A stretch of DNA of 64,000 nt, taken from contig JAQGDQ010000002.1 of NCBI GenBank assembly GCA_030141605.1, forward strand, positions 1,736,001 to 1,800,000. The letters are read 5' to 3'. Numbering within the stretch: the stretch's first letter is position 1; each line of letters begins with the position of its first letter. Of this stretch, positions 32,401 through 44,805 are shown piece after piece. The notes under the pieces are model-generated. The model did not search any database, was not told where the DNA came from, and was given only the letters and a program-made list of their open reading frames with translations. The translations under genes were made by a program, and so were the position numbers. This DNA is from Tubiluchus corallicola (Eukaryota > Animalia > Priapulida).

Positions 32401-35400
32401 CTGAGACAGTGACTGCAACTATTGTACAGGTGGAATTTTATCAATACAGATGATTATTATGTGGCAACCTTATCACACATTAGCATTTGTCAGTTAATCG
32501 CAGTATCATAATTTAAAGACAGGCTCCCAATAGACGCAATCACAAAAGCAATGTTGCAAATATGGATTACCAGCTGCTTGTTAGCAGATGGTAACACAGC
32601 AGAAACAGTTTTCATGATCTAATCACCAGGTAAAAAAATTGCTTAAATTGGAAAGTGGCTGGCAACATGTCATCATCTTTGAAATGAATTATCACTAAAA
32701 AAACGTCGTTAAGTGAGGACTTGCTGTTAAGTAGCCGAACAAACATTGTGTGTAGGAATAACAGCATTTTTTTACTTGCTTGTTTGACTATGTACGTTCG
32801 TGTAATTGACTGAAGTGCTTGTAACATGTTGTTTAGTATGTGTGCCAATGTATTTAGAAGCATAAATGCATGTATGTAAACATGCGTATGTAAAATATAA
32901 TGAGCCTGTAATTGTTCCATAATTAGCCATGCATTAAGTTTAGTCAATCATATTTATTGCAGCTTATATCTTGCATTTCCACAAAATTGTCCATCTTTTT
33001 ATGATTTTAGATACCACTTAGTCAAACAATTGCTTTGTTGTCTTAAGTACAATGCTCTGTTTCCATTTTACTGTCACATTTTTACGAAACTTGGGATATT
33101 AAGTAAAGTAAGGCTTGATTGATCTCTAACTTTCTACAAAGGCCGCTTAAGACCAACCCAGTATCTGACAATGAGTCATGTTTCTTATTGTCTTGTGTGG
33201 TCCTTTGATTTGCTGTATATAAAAAACAAATACAAATTGTGACAATGGTATCGTTGAACTTCAACAACGTGTTATGGTAACTGAACAAAACACATTGACG
33301 TGAATTGTTTACTGTATTGTTTTCATGGACACAAATGCAGAGCACAAGTTTACATAATTACTGCTACTTCTATGAGTATTGCAAAATGAATCAGCACAAC
33401 CGTAGATATGTCAGTTATTAACGATCAAATGATAAAATCATTCAATTGATATTTTGTTTTTTATGCTAAACAAATTACTGTGTGTGACTTTTTTTGCGAT
33501 AACTTGGTTGGCTTTTAAGGGTAACTAGGTAACTTTCATACTAGATTTTTTATGTTATTCAGTTAATGAATCTTTTAGTTTCTTTTTTGTACTTCTTGTC
33601 TCCTGTGTGTTCATCTTGGTTTGTTTCTGGTTGGTTTGGTTGGTTAGTCTATATAAAATTCTAAATCCAGATGTTTTAACAAATCTAACGGTTAGGTAAG
33701 TGTTGTTTATACAGGGTCTTTTCAAAGTCAATGTGCAATTTTAAATATTTGTAGCTATTTGACAAAACCACAAAAATTGCTTGACTGTTGGCTTAATTAG
33801 AAGCAAAAATAGACAGTGTTCTTCCACTGAGTGAGCTAAAATCTATCACTGCTGTCCAAGAAACTATTACAATGAAGAAGCATTACACATGAACTCTTTA
33901 CCTGAGCAAGTAAAAAAAATAAAAAATAGGTTCTTTCAATGTAAACCTGTGATTTGAAAGAGCGAGGAGAAAATGTAGCGTCCGTGAAACAATCCTTTTC
34001 ATGGGAAGTCAAGAAAATCATTAAAAATTGACATCCTGAAGGTTAAAGCTTCCAAAATCAGCTGTTTACGAGATTCTATGAACAAAACTTCACACGAAAT
34101 TCAGCACATCAGATGTTGTTAAAGATGCTTATCGTGCATGCTGAGCATCACAGGCTTTTTAAACACCCTGTATATTTATTTGCTGTTCAAGTACCCCATT
34201 AGATAACTAATAAGTGACATGATTAACCATTGGTATAATTGTTTAGTCGGCTTTACTAACAACTGGCAAAGATGTTAAGTTGTATCTACTAACCAATGGT
34301 GAGACTTTTTCGTTTTTCACTGTTGCTTGCGTAAGAAAACTGTAAAAAGTTTATTCATTTCTCCATTTCAATCTTTTCTATTAATCTGTCACATTACGAC
34401 AAACTTAGTTTTCTTGTGATCTTATCACCATTATAACATTCAAAATTTAAGTTATGTATTAACTGTATTTTTCCACTTGTTTTGTTTTAATAACTAATCA
34501 CTTTCAAGCATGCCTTTATGTACATGTGTATGCAAACTTTTTTTGTGTGATCAAAAAAAATCTCTTGAGTGAGGGTTGCAAAAATGAGATTGCATGATAA
34601 AAGCATATATTTTATTAAAAACAAAGGAAAAAGTTTCATTTCTATATGCAAATGGCCTGTATGGCAATGCTGTATATTCATTTCAGCAAAAACTATCCCT
34701 GATTCGCGCAAGCAGGTTCAAATATATGGGTATCAAATTCCTTTAAATGTTCATCGCTTCTTCGAAGGTAAGTGAGTTCAGGACTGTGCTTTTTCCCTTT
34801 TCCTATTTTTGACTAATGGAGCTTTACTGAGTGCATTTGTTCTAAAACAACACTGTACTTAAGATTTATCCATTTATACATGCCATTGCTTTCAAACTCT
34901 GTACCACATTAAAAAAACAACGTTCATATTTGGCAGTTGTGTGCACTTGGACATGAGACTGTCACTTGATGATTATTGGCAGTGTTTGTAACAGTGGTGA
35001 GTGTTGATGAGTAGCAGAAAAATTTCTTTTCATTGTGCTGTTTCTTCTTCAGAAAGATAAATATGGTTATTTATTTTACTTGAATACATTTTTGCATGGT
35101 ATTAGTTAACAGGTTACTATATAAAATGACTATCTGCATGCTTTCTTGAGCTTTTTATACAGTTTCTTTATATGTCTGTTTTCAAAAGTTTTTAAGACAA
35201 ATAAGACAAAAATGGAAGTAGAATTATTATTACTCTTCCAAGGCATTCCAAAATATGAAAGAAGCCGAAAAGCATAAAGTTAATCTGAAGCGTGTAAAAT
35301 GCAGATTTCGTGTACCACTGAGAACTGATAAAAATCTGATATTTGGTGAGTAAACCTATAATATGAGAATTTATGTGTGGTCACGTAGGTATTAAGTAAA

Positions 35401-38400
35401 CATTGCGTAAGATTGTGCTAGCATTATTGATGTTGTGCATGCATGCTTTACTTATGATGCTTTTTCAATAGAAAAGAAAAGTACAGTCGATACACTTTTG
35501 TATGAAGGACTTAATTATGTGGAGGCATTCTTGGCTAAAACTGCTTACCCGGAAGGTTGGTGAGAAGTTTCTGTATCTGTAGATGTGTTAATAGAATTAT
35601 ATCCTATAAACCTATTGTTGCCTATTCGTTTCATCATGTATTTAAAACAACACATTTGTGTATAATCCTTTCTTTGTTATAAATTTGCTGCTATTTTTCA
35701 AAAAATGACTAGCAGTAAAGAAGAATTTTTTATCAGAAACCTTTAAAACAACCAAAAAAATGCTCCCACTGTCTGTTACTCCTGCCTTACAGTGTTTTGT
35801 GTTTTTCTGTCCAAAAACTTGTTACGTTGTGTTTTGAGCGTAGTAATACAAGCTAATTATTGCGTAACACTTTATGTCAATTTATATTCGGCCTGTAACT
35901 GTGGAAACTTTTGTTTGCTCTCGGACCCAAATTTCTGAGATCTCTTTTGTTGAAAGTGGTTTCCCTAATAGTGTATTGCATACTCGCATGTTTATTTTTC
36001 CGTGTTTTTCTGGATTTCCTAGAAATTGCATGATGTGGTGGCTAAAATTATTCGGTTTAACCACATTAGAATTTAGAAACCACTTTACTGGTTTGATATA
36101 AATGTTCTTCTGTATTGTTCAGTGTAACTTTAGGCATGCAAAAACTTAACTAATTATTTTCATGTTGTTATCGTGTGCTTGAGGTTTGCATGTAAAATGG
36201 TAAGTTACAGTTTAGTAGTGTAACACTGCAAGTGAAATAAACAATAAGTGTAAAATGTGTGTGAGAACTATAAAATTTCTTACTTTTGAAATACTGCTGT
36301 AGATATATATATATGTTTTATGTCATAGGCTGAAGAACAATAAGTAGCAAGTGTTGCTGTAAACACCCAAGTTATATTTATTCCACTACAACTAGTATTG
36401 CAGTTCCATGATGTACATAGGTGAAATTTGCATAACATCTATCCAACTATTAGCAAGATAAACTCTCTGTATTGTCATACACTAAACAGCATTTGGCCAC
36501 TCAGAAATTCAGCCCCAACAGAGGGATTCTGCTAGTAGAGTATTTTTCCTACCAGTAACAATGGTGATTATTTACTTATAACTGCAGAAAGACATCATAA
36601 CCCAAGATTTTTGAAAAAGGATTGAAGTTCAGAGTGAAAATGTTTGCACAAACTAAAGTGATGATAAGGTGCACCCAAACTTTTCAAAATCGTATGATTA
36701 CAGAGACCTTATTTTACATGCAGTTCATGTAACTATAATAGGCCTGTTTATTGTCATGTGCAATGGTGGAATAAACATGACGTAAGTGTTTACAGTAGCA
36801 CTTGCCACTTACTGTTCATGTTTTTTAGCTATTATCTTAGCAATATATCATAATGTCATATTGCCTTTTGTTTTTTATTAAATGTACTTTTTCACTGAAT
36901 GTATTTAATTGCAGAATTTTCCATGTCACTAGAAAATGAAATGGCACCACCTAAGCCATTGGCGCCAGCTGCTATGTCATTTTCTGCTCCGGCATCGGCT
37001 ACTTCGTCACCTAAGCGAGAGTTTCGTCCAGAGTTTGCTAGGGGACGGAGACGCAGTTCAGCAACACCCTTTATGCTAGAACCATTACCGACAACTTTAA
37101 TCTATGACATGAAGTATGTTATGCTGATGTTTCTTTTTCTGTGAGCGCACAAATATAGCTTTTGTCAGAGTGTGTGACAAAAAACATATGTTTAATTGTA
37201 TTCATTTATTTTAGATTTGCATGTATTACGTGAACAGACTATGACACTGAATAAGAAATCTGGTATTGTTATATACTATAGACTTATTTGCAAGAATATC
37301 TCATAGACATTATCAAAAATTGCTTCCTCTGATCAGATTTTACTCCATATTCATCTTGTACTGTTATAAGTCTGCAATTTTGGAATATTGCTCTGGCATT
37401 TGGAACAGATGATAACTTTTCTCACTAACCAAAAGCAGAAATGAGTCATTAACATAGGTGGGTGACATTAGGATCTACCTTGGACTGCCTTCACATCAGA
37501 GTTGAATTTGAGAGACAACCTGGTAGGTGTTCTACAGTTGTATTTCTATGCAGTTTGCTTTCAAGTTTGTCCTAGTTAGTTTCAGGTGTACGTGGTTTCT
37601 TTGTCTGTCAATGTCAGACCCTTCACAAGCAATGCCCCTACTAACTGCATAATTATGACAACTTTTTCCAGCCTTTTTACAAAGATTGCTTCCACATAAA
37701 ATATCCTACTGCCAGCATCTTTCACTTGATTATGTCTTTGGACATTTTAAGTGGAACTCCAATAGCTATTTCTACTGCTCCTGTCCACCGCAGTATAGTT
37801 CTCATCATAAACTCCTTTTTCACTAGTTTTATGACCTGACATCTGTTTGTGTTACTTGTTTATTTATGGTCTTAATTTTGTAAGCTCTCAGTATGAAAAT
37901 AATAGATTTCAATTGGTCTTATTTGTTATTATTTTGCTAGTCAAGGTTGTATAACCAGGGAATTGTAACATTAGACTGTTATTGCATGATGTATATATTT
38001 GTGACAGCTGAGCTCTTCAACGACTACAAATGTCGACCATGTTTTGTTGGCTTCATTGGCTGACTTGGGCATCACTGTTATTGCTACAAGTACTGTAGTA
38101 AAAGATTCAAAACCTAGATTGATGACTTCAAGGTGATAAAAAGAAGCATGTTTAGATAATTAATGTTTTTGTAATGTCTGATCAGACAGTGAGGGCTACA
38201 TAGTTCATTGTGCCATGATAATTTTCACTATCTGTAGAAAACGCATTGCAAATAGCTTTATCGTTTACATCTAAAAACATTGCATACTGCACTGCATTTG
38301 TATGACATCTTCAGATATATTTTAGGAAATATAATATTTTTAGTGTCGTTTCATATTGGCAAATGTAAATTTAAACATTTTATAATTTGTATGAAAAATA

Positions 38401-41400
38401 CTAATTAATACCCTGCTTAACTTTCTTTCGGGTATTAGAATGTTTGGTTTCCTATTTAACATCTATTTATTTATGTCTTTTCAACCTCTGAATCGAACGT
38501 TAGTCATTTTGTTGTTAATAGTAATATTTTAATATTTTAAATTATAGTAATGTTTTAGTAATATGTTTATAATAATACTGCTCACTGAACGTCAGTTTTG
38601 GAATCTGCAAAAGCCAAACTTAAAGTTGAACCAAATTTTCAGATACTTTTCATTTGTTAGTTTGTCACTGTTTGAGCAGTAAAGAAATCGTACATGTTAA
38701 GATTTGTCCATTTTTAGTTTTATTATTTAATATATTTTTGTCTTACAGGAATATACAGTCTATGAAGGATATACGTACACACATAGGTTATGCTCGAGCA
38801 TGGGTGCGTCTTGCTCTCGAACGCAAACTGTTGGCTAAACATTTAAGAGAGCTGCTTCTAGATACAGATTTGACTAGGTGTGTTAAACTGCCTTGCATTA
38901 ACTTAATGGAATAATAATTTGAGTTTATGTGATTATAATGCTAATCCATGTAATACACCCAAAGCCTCTTTTGCTAACTGTTAATCGTAGGTATTGACTT
39001 ACTGTTTCTTAATCTATTTTGGAAAAAATGGATAGATTAGGATTTGTTGGAATAGTAACTCTAGGAACTCTAGTTGGAATAATGTCGTCAGTACCTTAAC
39101 AGAGTTTTCTCATTTTTCACAGGAGTTTGTATAAAAGGTATGCTTTCTTGCGATGTGAAGATGAAAAAGAGCAGTTTTTATTCCACCTCCTTTCTCTAAA
39201 TGCTGTTGACTTCTGCTGCTTTACAAATGGATTTCCTCAAGCTAGTATGTATCACATTGTAACATCTGTTTTTATAGCAGAAATATGCGATCTAATGCTA
39301 TGTGGTGTAATATTTCCATTATTTGTTAATGAATGCCCCAATTTAATTTTAATGTTTTGCTATGCTACCCTGAAGGCCACAGTTGTCATGTTGATGATAC
39401 AAGAACATGCCATTGATCAAGCTTGTGAGACATCTGCAAGATGTGCTGGAAGATCTTAAGTTCTGCATGTCACTGCTTCAGTCATACTCCTCGAGACTGT
39501 AGGCTGTGACACATGAGACTATCACACTAAATACTAAGAGTATGGTAGACTTGCAGTTGTTTCAGCAATACTTTGGTGTAATACATTGTTCTGTAATGTT
39601 CCTTGCTATTTCTGTACCTCTCTAGCAAAAGGTTATGGACAACCCAGTATGTGCGGATTATAATGTAGCTAATATTTCTTTGTGTCTCTGGTGCACATCA
39701 ATAGCTGCCTTTTAGAAATTTTAAAATATTATGTTATAAATTTTGATTGGTTTGCAGAAGTCACATACAGAGTGGTGCTATTTGCTGGACGAAAGTTTAG
39801 TACAACGACAACAGCAAATGCTTATTTGTGTCTGTCTGGTACACTCGGTCATACAGCTCATGTATATCTTCCCAAAGGCTCTCTAGAACACGTCTTTCAG
39901 GTAAGGAGCATTAAAATTGTTCTGGGCTGTAATTGTTTAGCTACTTTAATTCTTTCATTCTTTAATGTATATGATATGAACTAGAGAGCAAGGACTGTAT
40001 GTGACAGTCAAGCAATTAAATTTTCACTTTGATCATTGCTGTAATGTTTTAGTAGGTCTTGTTTAATTAATTACTTGTTCATTCATCTATTCATTTAGCT
40101 CTCTTATGCATTCATTACATTCATTCCTTCTTTTAATTGTTTATTTACTCTTTTATTTGCTATGCATGTGTGTTATGTGTAACTCATTTCTTCTGGCTCA
40201 CTTCACAAATTTTATGGGCTCAGCTGATATAGAAAAAAAATTATATTAATATAAAGATCATTCACGTAACTTGCTTTGCTTTTTTGTAGCACAAAAATTT
40301 GGGTATTCTTTCCACATTACGAATTGGTCACGACAATGCGGGTATGTCCCCAAAGTGGATGGTAGATAATATTCTAGTCAGAAACGAAGTAACTGGTCAC
40401 CTGTACAAGTAAGATCATTTTATTTTCTTGGGTCACTGTTCGTTTTAAAAAGATTAAGCAAAATTGGGAAGGCAGTACTGAAATAGAGTATTTGTTAGTT
40501 TAGTCAGTGTTATTGTTCAAGGTAAAATAGAGTCACTATATACCTATCTGTCTGAACGTTTGTCCTTTATAGCGGTTTGATTTAGTTGTAATATGAAATT
40601 TAAAAAGTTTTAGTATTGTGCTTCTTCAGTTAGGTGACATGCTACTAACAAAAATTGATTTTGTGTAGGTTTCTTGGTTTCTTGAATACATCTGCTGAGT
40701 AAAATCATTTCCGCATTTTAGAAAGTTTGACTTTTTTTAATAAATTTGAAATGCTAATTTGTTACACAGGTTTCCGTGTGGGCGATGGTTAGGGAGGGGA
40801 GTTGATGATGGCAGTACAGAACGCTTACTCGTTGGAGAACTTTTGCCTTCAAACACCGACTTAGAGGGTAAGATCTTATTCAGTTATCTCTTATGACCAC
40901 AAATCATTGTGCAATATAAATGCCATGTTAAACCTGATTTATATACACTTGTTACTAATATATAAATCTGTTAAGGCAGCTAACATTATATCTATGAACC
41001 ACTTTTCAGACTAGTAATGTGTGAGCAGAACTGGTGTTGTTCACAATTTAATCACCAATTTGATGTCAGTTTGAACATGTGTTTATAACTTTATAGCTTT
41101 CATGTGTAGCATGCTTCATTCAGACATGTCTGATGACATTTTCAAATTTCTAAAACATTTCGGGACTGCAAACCAAAAACAATCAGCCATGTTGATGTAG
41201 CTAATGTATTAATATTATAAGCATTTATTTTGGAAATCTGTTATCTTATCACATCGTGGTTGCTGTGTGTTGGATAGTTGGGGTTCCATTACATCTGTTT
41301 AAATATGCGAAGAAAGATCAGTGGTTCATATGTTTTTTTTATTTTCAGATCTTATTAGCTCTTGTCGGGCGCCTCCATCACGATCTCAATCTCCTGCATC

Positions 41401-44400
41401 TCCACGAAAAACTCTAGAACCAAGTAGGCATTAAATGATTTTGAAAAGTTACACATTCTTTTTTCAAGCTGGGTATTTTATAAGTATTGAACTCAAACTT
41501 ATTTTTTTTTATTTGTGGTTGTTAAGTTTATTTACCTCCTTGCTCTGAAGTATGCAATAACCTAATAGTTTGAACATTAAATTTTTTTGCCTTGTTACCT
41601 TACTTCAAATCGTCAATTTCCGTGATTTTTCCAATTTCCTGTGACTTATACTATTTTAATTAATTTGAATTTTATTTTGTAGGGATGACTGTTGCAGAAA
41701 TTCAAGAACTGCTAGGAGATGCTGTGAATAATATAGTCAAGTTCTACTACAAACCTGAAAAAGAGGTAAACTTCAGATTGTATTGATGAAATATATAATT
41801 TTCTTTTATGTTGCAGTATTGTATGTTGTCTAGTCTGCCAGATATATCCTGCCAGGTATGTACTAGCTTTATGACTATTACAATGTATACATTTTGTGCT
41901 AAAATTTGTCCAATTTGGCTTATATATTTAAAATTTTGGTGAAACCACCACATTATTCGGCAGATTATTGTAATTGCTTCCACCAATCAGTTCAAAACCA
42001 AAGTTATATATTTACAGCAACATAACATACAGTTTGTATACATGTTTTTGATTTCTTTAATTTCTTTTCAAAAACAAGCTAGCTTTTACTTTATTATAGT
42101 ATCTCAGTATTCTAAATGGTGCAATGAGGTCACTTGATGTACCAATCTTTTCAGGAGTACGGCTGTTTTGCTCTTATTTAGACTAACTTGTCTGTAATTT
42201 AATGGCATGTCACACTTTCCTTTCTAGTATAGAATTGCAGAAATGTTTACTTTTATACATTCGTTTAGAATTACTTGTTCTATGGGTTTTGTGATTTATG
42301 AATGAATTTGCAATTGTTGATCATATGTCACTAACATATAATTTGTTTGTTCTATTTTTTACCGTACAGACTAAAAACTTGCAAGAAAAATACTACAAAA
42401 TCTTCCACAATTTTTTTTTGTCAATACGGATGATATTTATTGACAAAACGGAAATCATTATTTCAGCTTCTGTAAAACTTTTGTTGTATGTCCCAAGTGA
42501 CTTGACAAAAGTTACTTATACAATTGGCTGATAATGTCTTATACTATTGTCTGATAATGTCTTCGGTAAATGTGTGACCTTTTTCGAGAAACTGCATTTT
42601 CGAATTGAAAGTAAAAGTAAACGGCTTATTGAGTATGATGTCAAGCTTTTCCTTAACACCAAATTTCTATATATTTTTAAACAAATAAAAATATGACCAT
42701 AAGGTAGATGATGTCATTTTCAAATATACAAAAATGACCATCATGCATTGCTTCATTCACATTGCGTGCTTAAACTGCAATACTACCAGAGAATGACATG
42801 CCTATTGGCACCCACTGGCTGAGAATAATAGTTGCAAAATGGCCCAAGTTTTGAGCTGTATTTGGTCATTTTTCTTTCACTAAAATCTCTTAAATTACTA
42901 ATGTCCATGAATAACTTGGTGTAGAACACTTGACACTTGCTAACAGCTTTAAGAATGAAGAATTTATTTACTTTTAAACATTGTGGCTATTTTTTATAAT
43001 ATGTATATCATTCTTGAATTTAAGTAACTGAGTATTTTTAATTTTATTTTTATAACCCTTGATAACAATACGTATGATTGCAGAGAGGCAGCCTTACAGT
43101 GTTGCTGTGTGGGGACAGAGGAATCGTTTCCTGTATGGAACTAGTCTTTCAATATGGTTTTAAATCTTCCAGAATGTTTCGACAGCATTTTTTCACTTGG
43201 GACTTCATTGGTAATTTTTTAACTCATGGCCAAGCTTATCAATATATCGTTCAATATGGGTACCAGACATTTGAACCTAAATGTATTCTACCCATTAAAT
43301 AGACTCTGAATAGATATTTGTCACAATCAATGGCACAATGTCCACAAACGTTCTGAAGAATATTGTCGCTATTGACTAACTCAAACTCTGATTTGTCTGG
43401 AATCTTAACTTAACGATTAAAAAAACAGCAATGAAAATCCTGCTGTTTTTGTTAATCATTAATGATTAATTTATTTTCAAGATACCTGGGCAGATTTAGA
43501 ATAGAGCAGAGCAACGTAGAACTTAAGTGCATAACATGTTTTTGCCACACAAAAGCATTTTATATCTGTTTACAAATTTTTAAAGAGAGAGGCTCCTGTT
43601 TTAAATTATTTTTGGCTGCTCGATTGATATCGTCTAAAGTAAATGAGGCCACTAAGAAATATTGTTTTTCTGTCTATGAATGACATGTGTGCCCAATCAG
43701 CATTCTCATGGTAGAAGTTTACTGTATCAGCCAGTCACTATTAGAGATAATAGAACAAAATTTTGAAGTTAAAAAATTTGTAGATGTAGGAAACTCGTAA
43801 ACTCACACAGTATGTATTTAATAAATCATTTTTTACAGATAGGGTCAATTCTTATTTTGAGTCCATAATTCACGAGGAATTTGATGCTAATTCCAAATCT
43901 CACGTTAAGATGGCATTGCAGAGTTACTGTAATTTAGTGAACCGTATCAATCGTGCAAGCAAAACTGTTGGAAAGGATGGGAAATTTCAATTGTTCGTCT
44001 GTGTCAGTATTAGGTAATGCTTACACAAAAGATTTATGAATATAACCGAAGTAAATTTACGCCATTTAAAAGTTTGGTTCTCTCTTTGTAAACTGTATTT
44101 TTATGTTTCACTTTGGTAAGTGTAATTACGATTTTACTTGACTGAGTTGAACCCATACCAATTTGATATATTTGATTCTTTCTTACAATGTTTAAGATTG
44201 TAAACAAACTTAAAAGAAGCTATTATACAGCTCTGCTTCTCTATAAGTCTCACTGCCACTGTAGCCAGCAGCTGTTACAAGGTCAATACTAATTGACCAT
44301 TATCTCAATACAGTTGCTAAGTGTTGTGAGTAAAGTATGAGTATTTTATTGCATTCACAGTTGAGTTAAATGTTACTCTAGTTTTACTATTCCTTGTTCA

Positions 44401-44805
44401 AGAACCTGGAGAGGCTAATTTAACATGCACAAGCTAAATCAAGTTGTAACAGTAACAAAATTTGAGTAGCAGCAAAATTTAACATAACGTGCAATAGATC
44501 TTTCATTATGTTCATTGTGCATTTGATTAAATTCATTGAAGAATTGATAAAATCCAGAAGACCATAATTGAAATTTCCATTTAAACACCAAGAAACAAAT
44601 TATTAATGTTTTTTGTTGCAGAGATCATGCACTGCACCAATGGCTGCCATTGATAGCTGATTCAGCTGTAACAGAAAACATGTATGATGAGCGGTCGTTC
44701 TTCCGTGATCCAAACCTGGTGTCATTTCTTGTACAAATCTTACAACCTCTTGATGAATTTGACATGTACTTAGAGGCTTCTCTAGTCAAGGGCATTGGTA
44801 TGTAA
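17435..44805 (+). CDS. DENND5: DENN domain-containing protein 5 (Rab6IP1; uDENN-cDENN-dDENN, RUN, PLAT, RUN), ~1327 aa, 27 core exons
   Basis: Phase-consistent exons: 17435-17534, 19716-19825, 20880-21444, 21794-21919, 22733-22920, 24370-24534, 24772-24955, 25439-25574, 26476-26592, 27146-27263, 27696-27786, 28136-28292, 28571-28667, 29420-29545, 30020-30172, 31084-31180, 36915-37113, 38749-38877, 39123-39244, 39758-39900, 40290-40408, 40770-40867, 41349-41423, 41683-41765, 43084-43210, 43839-44013, 44622-44805 (3984 nt). Signature peptides: [115 protein letters not shown]. An in-frame ATG also occurs at 17426. Confidence 0.96.
17773..18586 (+). mobile_element. Non-autonomous Helitron (~814 bp) in DENND5 intron 1
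   Basis: 3' end has hairpin cgcaaaa-tc-ttttgcg (18558-18573) followed 9 nt later by CTAG (18583-18586) and then T. 5' end a|tttatatatatataag resembles TCTATATA with one mismatch. No TSD or TIR. Interior is much more GC-rich than the flanks. Confidence 0.75.
18711..19264. mobile_element. hAT-type MITE, ~554 bp
   Basis: TIRs tagggatgttaacg / cgttttacatcccaa. Degenerate 8-bp TSD attgcaaa / attgcagg. Subterminal tatcg repeats. Confidence 0.7.
20403..20482. repeat. (GA)n microsatellite
   Basis: About 40 GA units with one interruption. Confidence 0.97.
23247..24038 (-). mobile_element. Decayed, internally deleted non-LTR retrotransposon (CR1/L2 group) with (TAA)n tail, antisense in DENND5 intron 5
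   Basis: Minus-strand translation gives ISKLFE*VLL...ELQFGFK...[12 protein letters not shown] and, after a frameshift, [18 protein letters not shown] (RT motifs). The 3' end is AATAAA followed by (TAA)n, seen as (TAT)n at 23247-23295. Confidence 0.85.
26894..26913. repeat. Poly-G tract (~20 nt)
   Basis: Direct reading. Confidence 0.95.
31974..32009 (+). CDS. DENND5: Probable 36-nt alternative microexon of DENND5 ([12 protein letters not shown])
   Basis: cag| ... |gtatgt, phase 1 to phase 1, open in the DENND5 frame. A perfect TACTAAC branch point (31923-31929) and a second CACTAAC lie upstream. Confidence 0.7.
32031..32726. mobile_element. pogo/Tigger-like MITE, ~696 bp
   Basis: 23-bp TIRs cagtaagtcctcacttaacaacg / cgtcgttaagtgaggacttgctg (21/23). 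Flanks tg/tt could be a decayed TA TSD. Confidence 0.8.
33712..34170. mobile_element. Tc1/mariner-type MITE, ~459 bp
   Basis: TA|cagggtcttttcaaagtc ... ggctttttaaacaccctg|TA (14/18 TIR match) with TA TSD. Confidence 0.75.
34687..34767 (+). CDS. Candidate 81-nt cassette exon of DENND5
   Basis: tttcag| ... gaag|gtaagt (consensus donor), phase 1 to 1, open: [26 protein letters not shown]. Confidence 0.5.
35472..35555 (+). CDS. Candidate 84-nt cassette exon of DENND5
   Basis: tttttcaatag| ... gaag|gttggt, phase 1 to 1, open: [27 protein letters not shown]. Confidence 0.45.
39395..39647. mobile_element. Partial (right-half) copy of the MITE family found at 47386-47939
   Basis: Shares acatgccatt, ttgtgagacatct, gatcttaagtt, gcaatactttggtgtaata and tctagcaaaaggttat in the same order as 47690-47930. 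Confidence 0.75.

Noticed and set aside
33648-33695. 48-nt or 25-nt exon using the strong donor at 33696
   Set aside because: The 48-nt form has an in-frame TAA and the 25-nt form shifts frame into stops in the downstream exons tested. Kept only as a possible poison exon.
37430-37990. Possible LINE 3' remnant in a DENND5 intron
   Set aside because: I could not recover recognisable protein motifs by hand translation.
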